Positions 56,655 to 64,000 of a DNA stretch of 64,000 nucleotides are shown in pieces (the stretch's first letter is position 1; each line of letters starts with the position of its first letter). Position numbers and translations under genes: made by a program. A model generated the notes under the pieces. That model saw nothing but the letters and a program-made list of their open reading frames with translations, searched no databases and was not told the DNA's origin. The stretch comes from an uncultured Solirubrobacterales bacterium (GTDB taxonomy: Bacteria > Actinomycetota > Thermoleophilia > Solirubrobacterales > 70-9), in NCBI GenBank assembly GCA_963742535.1, contig CAVUMC010000002.1:1683146-1747145 (forward strand), given 5' to 3'.

Positions 56655-56834
56655 GTGAACGGATCCAACCGGCCAAAAGCCTACGCGATGCGGTGGAAGG
56701 TCACCCATGGCATCGCCGTCGGCATGGCCGCTGAGCAGTCGAAGAAAGCGCCCGTGCGCCACGAGGCGGAGCGCGATATAGCCGCGCAGCACAACAAGTC
56801 CTGCTTGCGCTCCCTGGGTGGAGGTGGTCGCTGA
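56655..56834 (+). CDS. candidate 59-aa leader ORF of the downstream operon
   Basis: GTG at 56655 is preceded by GAAGGGAGG. The frame opens only at 56643. Third codon positions are mostly G/C, as in real genes here. The TGA shares its final A with the ATG of the next gene (TGATG). It is below the ORF-track length cut-off. Confidence 0.45.
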   Translation: MNGSNRPKAYAMRWKVTHGIAVGMAAEQSKKAPVRHEAERDIAAQHNKSCLRSLGGGGR

Positions 56835-57997
56835 TGCGTCGCGTCTTCGACTGGATCCGCGATGCATTCGGCGGGGCGCGGCTGACCCGACCCCCGATCC
56901 CTGGCCCCAATGACCTTCACAGCTACATGCACAAGCTGTCGGCTGTTGCGAGCGGGGCGGGGGAAAAGCTGGTCAAGCTGCAGCTCGCGACAGGCGCACA
57001 GCAGGTTGCCGAGGGGACCTTCGATGCGCGCTCGCAGAGGCGCACGCGCTCCCCGCGCAAGCGCCTGGCGCGACTCGCCAAGCGAATCGCGCCCTATGGA
57101 CCGGGACTGTCGGTCCCCGACGGATTCACCGTGTTCGACCCGCTTGTCTCGCGGGTGTTGTTCTATCTGTTGACCTTCGGCCTCGCCGTAGGAATCCTGG
57201 AGACGGTCGGAACCTACTCGAGCCTCGTTGTCTTCGACGGGACGCTTGGACAGTTTCGAATCCTCCTCTCGGTCGCCTCAGGGGTGATCCTGGCTCTCTG
57301 CGGTCATGCCTGCGGTCACAGCTTCTTCACCGCGGTCAAGGCCGAAGGGCTGGTCAAGCGGCTGCTCTTTGGGCTCGCCTCGGCCTTGGTCGCCGTCGCG
57401 ATCATCGCTGTCTCGTGGACGGGGCTGGATCGCTCCGCCAATGAGGAATCGCGGGCCCTGGGCAAGCAGGCGGCCGTCCTGATCGCCGAAGGCGGTCGCC
57501 TCGAAAGCGTGGCAAAGGGGCTCGAAGGGCCGCAGCTCCAATTCGACAAGGCGGAAAAACCGACGAAAGCGAGTCTCAAGCGAGCCGCGCAGCTGCGCCG
57601 AGACGCGGCCCAGCTGCGCGGTAAGGCGGCACGCGCGGAAGCCAAGAGCGGCTCGGTTCGCTCGCTGAATTTCCTGGCGGGCATTCAGTGCCTGGGACTT
57701 GCAGTGGGCATCGTCGGTGGCTGGCTCTTCGCTGAGGCAGCGCCTCTGCGGGAGGGACGGCTTCGCGGGCGGGCCGCGGCCCTACGGGCGCGAATCGAAT
57801 CGATCGTGCTCGACGAGCGTGGCGCCGCCGGAGAGGCATACGGGCATTGGCTGGCGATGATGGCTACCGAGGGTGTTGATCTCGTCGAGTACGGCTTGCC
57901 GAAATTCGACGTGGCCCGCCACATCGTGCCTGAGCTTCAGTTGACCGTCAGCAATGGCGACGGGCACACCGTCGTCACTTCGGGAGGTGGACAATGA
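56834..57997 (+). CDS. membrane protein with central coiled coil, unknown function
   Basis: 387 aa. The layout is a soluble N-terminus of about 95 aa, three TM segments, a charged Ala/Arg/Lys helix of about 90 aa, a fourth TM segment and a C-terminal domain of about 100 aa. Confidence 0.65.
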   Translation: MRRVFDWIRDAFGGARLTRPPIPGPNDLHSYMHKLSAVASGAGEKLVKLQLATGAQQVAEGTFDARSQRRTRSPRKRLARLAKRIAPYGPGLSVPDGFTVFDPLVSRVLFYLLTFGLAVGILETVGTYSSLVVFDGTLGQFRILLSVASGVILALCGHACGHSFFTAVKAEGLVKRLLFGLASALVAVAIIAVSWTGLDRSANEESRALGKQAAVLIAEGGRLESVAKGLEGPQLQFDKAEKPTKASLKRAAQLRRDAAQLRGKAARAEAKSGSVRSLNFLAGIQCLGLAVGIVGGWLFAEAAPLREGRLRGRAAALRARIESIVLDERGAAGEAYGHWLAMMATEGVDLVEYGLPKFDVARHIVPELQLTVSNGDGHTVVTSGGGQ

Positions 57998-58710
57998 ATC
58001 GGAAAAACACTGTTCGCATACTCGCCATTGTCTTGCTCGTCGTGACCCTGGGCGCGGTCGTTATCGGGTGCGCTGGAATGAGCACTGACCACACAGTTGC
58101 GTGTGAGGTGGTCGACAGCTCGAAGTCGACCCGTTACGTGCAACCACACTATGAGGAAATACTCGAAGGGGATGCCGGGGAAGTCGCGGATGAGGGCGGT
58201 CTCCTGGTCGCGCTCGTGATCACCGGCGACCCGCGGGTGGAGTCGATCCCGGAGGAAGCCGATTTCGCCGATCTCACCGGTGTTGAAAAGGAAGGCCAGC
58301 GGAGCTCCGCGATTCGCCTGTTGCTTGACGAAGTCGATTCGGAGATGCGCGCATCTGCCCTGGGTGGGGAGAACCCAAGCTCAGGCTCGGGGATCATCGG
58401 GGGGATTGACCTGCTCGGGGACCGCGGCGATTGCGATTCGATCACTGCGCTTTCGGACGGCCTTGAGACGGCCGCGTTTCACGCCGGCAACGAAGGAGTC
58501 GTCTCCGTTGGGGGAAGAGAGCGAATCGTGCAGCGGCTGCAGGCGAATGGGCTAGTGCCGGACCTGAATGGGATCGACCTTGCCTTTCCTCTCGGTGGGG
58601 TGTTGCCCCAGGGCACGGATATGTCCCCAGCAAACCTCGTCGGGGTGAGGGAATTCTGGTCCCTGTATGCCGAAACCGCAGGTACGACGCTCATCTGGCG
58701 AGTCGAATGA
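57994..58710 (+). CDS. lipoprotein with vWA-like (MIDAS DxSxS) domain
   Basis: Lipobox VVIGC after a hydrophobic signal. VACEVVDSSKS fits DxSxS after a beta-strand; later GSGIIGGIDLLG and ITALSDGLET resemble vWA blocks. ATGA overlap with the upstream gene, and a GGGAGGTGG RBS. Confidence 0.55.
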   Translation: MNRKNTVRILAIVLLVVTLGAVVIGCAGMSTDHTVACEVVDSSKSTRYVQPHYEEILEGDAGEVADEGGLLVALVITGDPRVESIPEEADFADLTGVEKEGQRSSAIRLLLDEVDSEMRASALGGENPSSGSGIIGGIDLLGDRGDCDSITALSDGLETAAFHAGNEGVVSVGGRERIVQRLQANGLVPDLNGIDLAFPLGGVLPQGTDMSPANLVGVREFWSLYAETAGTTLIWRVE

Positions 58711-59489
58711 AGCCGCGGGCTTGGGGCACCTCTGTAGCAGTGGCGAGAACTCTGCGGGGCTTTCGTATCTGGGACCCCACTTCACTGCGTCGCGCGTCGC
58801 TACGCCTGCTCGCCCTGGCGCTGTTGGTCGCTCCGATCGCAATGCTTTTGACCACGCTGCCGGGGCCCTCGACACCCCCGGTGGACCCGCCGTCTGCAGG
58901 CCTGGCGGGTCCAGGCCCGGCTCATTTGAATCTTCATCGCCCGACGTTTCCCAACGGCTCGCTGGGCGTCCCCGGGATTCCCAAGCCAAGCATCGACATC
59001 GGCACCCAAAGCTCAGGCCAAGCTCGCCCTGGGGGCGAAGAGCCCTCAGAGCCCACAGACGATGGGCCAAGCCCTCCTCAGGTCGTGCCCGAACGTCTTC
59101 ACGAGCACGTCTATGACTTCGATGTTCGCACCAGCGTGCCTTGGCTGCTGCTCGTGCTTGCCGCGCTCGCGGTTTTCTACTGGCGAATGTCGATGACCCG
59201 CCTGCGAGCCCTTCTCGCGGCCTTTGGCTCGACGGTCGCGCTCTGGCTCGGGATCGACGTCGTCTATGCCGGCCAATTCCCAGAGGTGTTTCACTCTCGC
59301 GAATCGTTCTTCGACGATGGCGTCAGGCACATAGTCACGCAGTTCGATCACCGCCATCCGGTCATCGTCCATACACCGCTCGTCGTTCTCGGCCTCGGCT
59401 TGTTCGGCTGGTCTCTGCTCACTCTCTGGCGCCTGCGTCGTGTCAGCCGAGAGAGCCGGGCCGCGCATGCTCTTGCAACTCGAATATGA
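58707..59489 (+). CDS. membrane protein with Pro-rich extracytoplasmic segment, unknown function
   Basis: ATGA overlap with the upstream gene. One TM segment, a Pro/Gly-rich stretch of about 90 aa, then three TM segments. Confidence 0.55.
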   Translation: MKPRAWGTSVAVARTLRGFRIWDPTSLRRASLRLLALALLVAPIAMLLTTLPGPSTPPVDPPSAGLAGPGPAHLNLHRPTFPNGSLGVPGIPKPSIDIGTQSSGQARPGGEEPSEPTDDGPSPPQVVPERLHEHVYDFDVRTSVPWLLLVLAALAVFYWRMSMTRLRALLAAFGSTVALWLGIDVVYAGQFPEVFHSRESFFDDGVRHIVTQFDHRHPVIVHTPLVVLGLGLFGWSLLTLWRLRRVSRESRAAHALATRI

Positions 59490-59495
59490 GAGGAG

Positions 59496-59681
59496 GTGAG
59501 AAATTTGTCTGGCAGATCTCGAGAAAAGTCGCGCGCCGGCCATCAAGCCCGTGACGACATGTTTGGCCCGAAGATCGGCGGAAAGCGCCCTCAGGCAAAG
59601 CGCAGTCCCTTCAGCAACGAGGACCGGCAGCGCGGGGCGGCATTGACCAAGAAGGTGTTGAAGAGAGTAAAGAAGAACTAG
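59496..59681 (+). CDS. 61-aa highly basic small protein
   Basis: GTG start preceded by GAGAGGAGG, 6 nt after the upstream stop. About 35 % Arg+Lys and no hydrophobic segment. Confidence 0.45.
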   Translation: MRNLSGRSREKSRAGHQARDDMFGPKIGGKRPQAKRSPFSNEDRQRGAALTKKVLKRVKKN

Positions 59682-59738
59682 CCGGACCCTCCATCCGCGG
59701 GCTCGTTTGCTTGTCGGGTGACGGCAGGGCTGTAGGGC

Positions 59739-60668
59739 GTGCCAGCGAATGGGAATGAGTTGAAAGAGCACCTCCTCAATGACGGCGACCGCGCTGCGCT
59801 TCAGGCGCTTGTTCCACTCGCCGGCGCGCTCGGCGTCGGCACGACCTTTGCCCTCTTCTTCGGTGGCCCGCGCAAGTCGGGGACGGCGGTCTTCGAACTG
59901 TTCGCGATCGTCGCGGTGCTGACGGCCGCCGGGACAACGGCGTTCTTCGCGATCTCGCTGCTGCACCAAAACGAAGCGATCACGAGCCACGACCTGACCC
60001 AGACGGCAACCCCGCTTGTGGTCGCCGCGTTCCTGCTGGTCTTCGTCAGCGTGTTCGCCAGGTTGCCCGGATCGGGCCTGAGGCTCTTCGCGTTGGTGCC
60101 GCTGGCGCTTTCCGGTGTCGCGATCGCAGCCTTACTCGCCAGCTCCAGCTGGTCGGCGGAACCCGAAAATGCCAGCCTCGCGGCCCTGATCATTCTCGGC
60201 GTGGGGGCTGTGCTCTGGGCGTTGACCTGGGCATTCGAACGCCTCGACATCGGCTGGGATCGCCGCTGGGAACACAAACGGCTGACTCGCCTCTATGCAG
60301 CCGGCTACCTCCCCGATGAGAAGGACTTGGAGGTTGCCCTGCCGCGACGAGATGAGGACGGGAGCGATTCGGCGGTCGCCTGCTGGGCCCGCAAGGGAAG
60401 GTCCTACATGGACATCTCAAGTTTTCTGCACCTGCGGCGCCAGGCGACCGCGCGGTGGCGCGCATTCGCGACCGGAGAGGCGCAACCACCGGTCGGTTCG
60501 ACGATTCTCGTTCACGTCAAGGTCGGCTATCGGATCCCAATGGGTCGCGACCACGCCGTCGTCCGTGTCTCGGTCCTCGAGCCCGCCGCCGGCGGGGAGG
60601 CCCGCGAGCACGAAGTGCGCTCGAACGACGACGGCCTCTTCGACGTCACCGAGCTCGGCGTAGTCTGA
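59739..60668 (+). CDS. polytopic membrane protein with roughly 140-aa cytoplasmic C-terminal domain, unknown function
   Basis: GTG start, five hydrophobic segments, then a soluble WDRRWEHKRL... domain. Confidence 0.55.
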   Translation: MPANGNELKEHLLNDGDRAALQALVPLAGALGVGTTFALFFGGPRKSGTAVFELFAIVAVLTAAGTTAFFAISLLHQNEAITSHDLTQTATPLVVAAFLLVFVSVFARLPGSGLRLFALVPLALSGVAIAALLASSSWSAEPENASLAALIILGVGAVLWALTWAFERLDIGWDRRWEHKRLTRLYAAGYLPDEKDLEVALPRRDEDGSDSAVACWARKGRSYMDISSFLHLRRQATARWRAFATGEAQPPVGSTILVHVKVGYRIPMGRDHAVVRVSVLEPAAGGEAREHEVRSNDDGLFDVTELGVV

Positions 60669-60672
60669 GCGG

Positions 60673-61098
60673 GTGGTTCTGGGAACCGACACCAAGGTCG
60701 TACTGCTGCTGTCAGCGCTGATGTTCCTCTGGGCGCTGCTGCTGGGGGTGATGAAGTTCCGACAGATGGATGCCTCCGAGGAGGGGCTGGCCCATCCGTA
60801 CACCGACATCGCCCACCGAGCCGCTCTGCTCTACAGCTTTGCCCTGCTCCTGGTGGCAACCTTCGTCGAGCTGAGCGGTTGGGGCGTGGCGGTCAACCTG
60901 ATCGCCGCGGGCGCGCTGGCCTTCTACTTCTACGCCGCGGTGCTCGGCTACATGGTGCACGGCTGGAAGCGGGACACCGACAACCAGTTCCGGCGCCCCG
61001 GGCGCGGGCTCGAGGCCTTCATGGCCACCCTGATCGTCGCCGAGATCGGCGGTTGGCTGGTCCTGATCGCCGGCTTCCTCGACGCGCAGATCTTCTAG
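60673..61098 (+). CDS. four-TM small membrane protein, unknown function
   Basis: 141 aa. The GTG lies 4 nt after the upstream stop, and the gene ends in a 4-nt convergent overlap with the acyltransferase gene. Confidence 0.55.
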   Translation: MVLGTDTKVVLLLSALMFLWALLLGVMKFRQMDASEEGLAHPYTDIAHRAALLYSFALLLVATFVELSGWGVAVNLIAAGALAFYFYAAVLGYMVHGWKRDTDNQFRRPGRGLEAFMATLIVAEIGGWLVLIAGFLDAQIF

Positions 61099-63050
61099 CT
61101 CGGCGGCGGTGGGTCGCCGGAGACGACGCAGTCCTTGGCGTCGGTCATCTTCGTCGTCGGTTCGGTGTTGGGGAAAGCTTCCAGCAGCGCGTCGGCGATC
61201 AGGCGGCCGCGGGCGGCGTAGCCTTCGGAGGTGAAGTGGATCCCGTCGGGGATGTACCACTGGTCTTTGACGTCTGCCGCCCAGTTGTAGATGCGCATGC
61301 TGGGATAGCGGTCGCAGGCGGCGAGCAGCGCTTCGTTCCAGCTCTTCATGTTGGCCTCGGCGTAGGGGCCGTTCGGCACCAGCGATTTGACGTTGACCCA
61401 CATCACCGGTTCATCGCCGATCGTCGACATCATGCTGTCGATCCGGTCGTCGTAGGTGAACTTCGAGCCGACGGCGACGTCGGCCGCCTCGTTGGTTCCC
61501 ATTGCGATCACCCAGCAGCCTTTGAAGCCTTCGTTCTTCCACGCTTCCGCCACTTCCTGGGCATTTGGTTCGCCTTCGAAGTTCTCGTAGATGGAGCGCG
61601 CTCCCGCCACCTCGAGGTGCGCGGTGGTGGCGCCGACCCGGGCGTACTGGGCGGCGATCAGCTCATCGCGCGGCAAATATTCTTCGGAGACGAGGCCCTC
61701 GGAGGTCGAGTCGCCGATGTGGACGACCGCTTCGCAGGAGGTCGCCAGCGGCTTGCGCTTCGCGTTCTTCACCGTGACCGTCTTCGCCACCTGTTCGGAG
61801 CCGATCGCCGGCGTGCTGGAGACACCAACGCCGGCCAGTCCCGCGATCGCGGCGATGACGACGATCGCCGCCGCCGCGATCCCGATCCAACCCTCGCGCG
61901 GCACCTGCTCGCGGCGCCAGCGCCCCGCTTTCCACCGCGCCCAGAGCCGGCCGAGGGCGCCATGGCGGATCGGGTTCTCGACGTAGCGCCAGGAGAGCTC
62001 GGCCACCGCCATGATCGCCGCCACCTGCAGGATCGCCCGCAGCAGGTTGGGCCCGTGCACGCGCTGCGGTGAGGTGAGCACGATGATCGGCAGCGTCCAG
62101 AGGTAGATCCCGTAAGAGCGTTCGCCGATCCACTGCATCGGCTTGCAGCCGACGATCGGCCCCAGGCGCGAGGCAGGGTGAGCGAAAGACGCGACCGCGA
62201 GCGCTGTTCCCAGCGCCAGCACGGCGAAGCCGCCGCGGTAGATGAAGGGCGAGAACTCGTTCGAGCGCCAGAACATCAGGCCGATCACGATCAGGCCGAG
62301 CAGCCCGGCAGCGTCGATCACCCGCCGTGCCTGCGGCGTCACCCCGCCGCTGAGGTTGCGGCTGGGCCAGACCATCGCCAGCGCCGCGCCGACCAGCAGC
62401 TCGAGCGCTCGCGTGTCGGTGCCGTAGTAGACGCGTGAGGGATCGAGCGAGGGGTGGTAGAGGATCGCCATCAGGATCCCTGAGCAGAGCGCCGCGACGA
62501 GGGCGACGGCGGCGAGGCGCGGGCGCGGCCCTGACTTGCGCCGCGCTTCCGGCACGAAGTGCAGCGCCGCCATCAGCAGGAAGGGCCAGACGATGTAGAA
62601 CTGCTCCTCCACCGAGAGCGACCAGAGGTGGTTGAGCGGCGAGGGCGGCGCGAAGCGGGCGAAGTAGGAGACGTCGTGGAGGATCAGCCACCAGTTGTTG
62701 AAGTAGCCGACGGCGCTGAGCTCGGCCATGCGGAAGTCACTTGGCTGGTGCGGGCCGATCACGGTCACCCAGGCCATCACCACGATCAGCATCAGGAAGA
62801 GGGCGGGCAGCAGGCGCCGGGCCCGGGCCAGCCAGAAGGACTTCAGCTTGATCCCGCCGCGGTTGACCTGGTTGAGCAGGATGTCGGTGATCAGGTAGCC
62901 GCTGAGCGTGAAGAAGACGCCGACGCCGAGCAGGCCCCCTTCGGCCCAGCCGAATTTGAGGTGGTAGACGACGACGCCGAGCACCGCGATCGCGCGCAGG
63001 CCGTCGAGGCCCGGCATGTAGCGCTGGCCGCGCCCTACTGGTTCAGGCAT
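61095..63050 (-). CDS. OafA-type membrane O-acyltransferase (acyltransferase_3) fused to SGNH domain
   Basis: The N-terminus GLDGLRAIAVLGVVVYH plus about 10 TM segments is typical of acyltransferase family 3. The C-terminal SGNH domain has VVHIGDSTSEG, GTNE and DGIHF. Confidence 0.88.
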   Translation of the reverse strand: MPEPVGRGQRYMPGLDGLRAIAVLGVVVYHLKFGWAEGGLLGVGVFFTLSGYLITDILLNQVNRGGIKLKSFWLARARRLLPALFLMLIVVMAWVTVIGPHQPSDFRMAELSAVGYFNNWWLILHDVSYFARFAPPSPLNHLWSLSVEEQFYIVWPFLLMAALHFVPEARRKSGPRPRLAAVALVAALCSGILMAILYHPSLDPSRVYYGTDTRALELLVGAALAMVWPSRNLSGGVTPQARRVIDAAGLLGLIVIGLMFWRSNEFSPFIYRGGFAVLALGTALAVASFAHPASRLGPIVGCKPMQWIGERSYGIYLWTLPIIVLTSPQRVHGPNLLRAILQVAAIMAVAELSWRYVENPIRHGALGRLWARWKAGRWRREQVPREGWIGIAAAAIVVIAAIAGLAGVGVSSTPAIGSEQVAKTVTVKNAKRKPLATSCEAVVHIGDSTSEGLVSEEYLPRDELIAAQYARVGATTAHLEVAGARSIYENFEGEPNAQEVAEAWKNEGFKGCWVIAMGTNEAADVAVGSKFTYDDRIDSMMSTIGDEPVMWVNVKSLVPNGPYAEANMKSWNEALLAACDRYPSMRIYNWAADVKDQWYIPDGIHFTSEGYAARGRLIADALLEAFPNTEPTTKMTDAKDCVVSGDPPPPS

Positions 63051-63774
63051 CGCCGGCCAGGGAGAGCGGGAAGAGCGACATCGCCGCGCCCAGCAGCGAG
63101 TCGAGGATCTGGGCCTCGCGGCGCGCCAGCTTGTGCGCCGGCGGCAGTTCAGGGCCGGATTCGAGCGCCGGTCCCCGCTGCGCCGCGGCGGCGATGCCCA
63201 GGCAGCGCTTGATGCCCTGGGCGATCAACCGCGCCCGCAGGTCGGCGCCGGCGGGAATCGGGTGCAGGTCGTCGGACTGCATCAGCTCTGGGTGCGTTTC
63301 CTCTGCCCTGGCCCAGTCGGGCACCTGGGTCCCGGGCCGGGAGGCGGCGAAAGCCCTCACCACCCTGTTCTTGCCGGTGTTGTCGATTCCGTTGACGGTA
63401 AAGCCGTGGATGGTCGGCACCACCATGCAGCGGTCGCCGACCGTAGCCGCGACCTTTTCCAGGTTTTCGGCGAGGATCGCTGGATAGGCGGGGTTGTCGT
63501 TGGTGCCGGCGTCGAAGACGATCACCGATTGCGAGGGGTCGTAGCTTTCCTCGAAGAGGTCGTAGACCTGGAAGCTGTTGGAGCCGCCCACCGCGTTGAC
63601 GGTCAGCGGCACACCCGGCAGATACTTCTTCAGGTAGGGCGAGGTCAGTTCCTCGAGGCTGTCGCCGACGACGAGAACGCCGCCACTGCCTGAGCTCGCA
63701 CTCGCGGACGAAGCGGGGAGGGCGAGGGCAACAAGCATCGCCACCAGAACCGCGAGCTTGCGCGCACTCGGCAT
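63043..63774 (-). CDS. secreted SGNH/GDSL hydrolase
   Basis: Start at Met 63774 with the signal peptide ..ALALPASSASA. Block I VVGDSL, block III DAGTND and block V DDLHP. Confidence 0.8.
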   Translation of the reverse strand: MPSARKLAVLVAMLVALALPASSASASSGSGGVLVVGDSLEELTSPYLKKYLPGVPLTVNAVGGSNSFQVYDLFEESYDPSQSVIVFDAGTNDNPAYPAILAENLEKVAATVGDRCMVVPTIHGFTVNGIDNTGKNRVVRAFAASRPGTQVPDWARAEETHPELMQSDDLHPIPAGADLRARLIAQGIKRCLGIAAAAQRGPALESGPELPPAHKLARREAQILDSLLGAAMSLFPLSLAGDA

Positions 63775-63798
63775 CTGGCGAATTTCTACACTACGCAG

Positions 63799-64000
63799 AT
63801 GCGGCTCAGGGCGGTGGCGACAATCGGCATCGTGCTGGGCCTGGGCCTGCTTCTTGGCTCCTGTGGAGGCGATGACAGTACGGCCGCGGGCGGCTCGGCG
63901 AGCAACGGCTCGACGGCGAGTGCTCCCGTCACAACGAAAAGCGCCGGGGCGATCGCCAGGTCCCGTCGCTCCTGTCGTCACGAGCTCGCCCCCTTCGTCG
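63799..64000 (+). CDS. lipoprotein, 5' fragment (runs off the window)
   Basis: ATG at 63799 gives MRLRAVATIGIVLGLGLLLGSCGG, a signal peptide with a lipobox, followed by a Ser/Gly/Ala linker. It is not in the ORF track because no stop is reached. Confidence 0.5.
   Translation, partial: MRLRAVATIGIVLGLGLLLGSCGGDDSTAAGGSASNGSTASAPVTTKSAGAIARSRRSCRHELAPFV

Noticed and set aside
60879-63212. Plus- and minus-strand ORFs (60879-62072, 61663-62691, 62559-63212) over the OafA-type acyltransferase gene
   Set aside because: They are out of frame or antisense to a gene with clear acyltransferase_3 and SGNH motifs.

Overview
This is a 64-kb, high-G+C segment (about 65-70 % judged by eye, not computed), tightly packed and chromosomal. 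It has actinobacterial hallmarks: a dnaK-grpE-dnaJ-hspR-clpB operon, an Ino1-type inositol-phosphate synthase next to a PIP-synthase-like gene, LLM/F420-type, TetR/MFS and VapBC genes. I call about 70 protein-coding genes and two tRNAs (Val-TAC, Asp-GTC). I saw no rRNA, CRISPR array, integrase or transposase. Housekeeping blocks are purB-purE-purD, the heat-shock operon, nth, argF-lgt-prmC-lysS, and an inositol-lipid cluster. The most interesting stretch is a lower-GC block at about 53.7-61.1 kb. It holds a FemAB-like acyltransferase, a prenyltransferase/squalene-cyclase-like alpha/alpha-toroid protein, and a 238-bp spacer with five GGACAG(G)TGA direct repeats. These are followed by eight tightly spaced co-directional ORFs, mostly membrane proteins, including a vWA-like lipoprotein and two small peptides. 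I cannot assign any of these to a known system, so this is my best candidate for an undescribed, envelope-associated module. Other points of interest follow. (1) A CFA-synthase-like ORF has no ATG/GTG/TTG start but has a CCCAAAG slippery heptamer at the end of the upstream DUF1365 gene. (2) A half-glycosyltransferase::PHP fusion and an AUR1-like PAP2 protein sit in the inositol cluster. (3) A 114-bp palindromic element has perfect 20-bp termini. (4) A low-GC SRA-like/HNH gene lies directly after tRNA-Asp. (5) Tandem secreted paralogues lie after tRNA-Val. (6) A triple palindromic operator sits in the TetR/MFS intergenic region. Many long ORFs in the supplied track are antisense or out-of-frame artefacts of the high G+C content and were rejected. 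All functional calls rest on motif recognition by eye; no database search was run.
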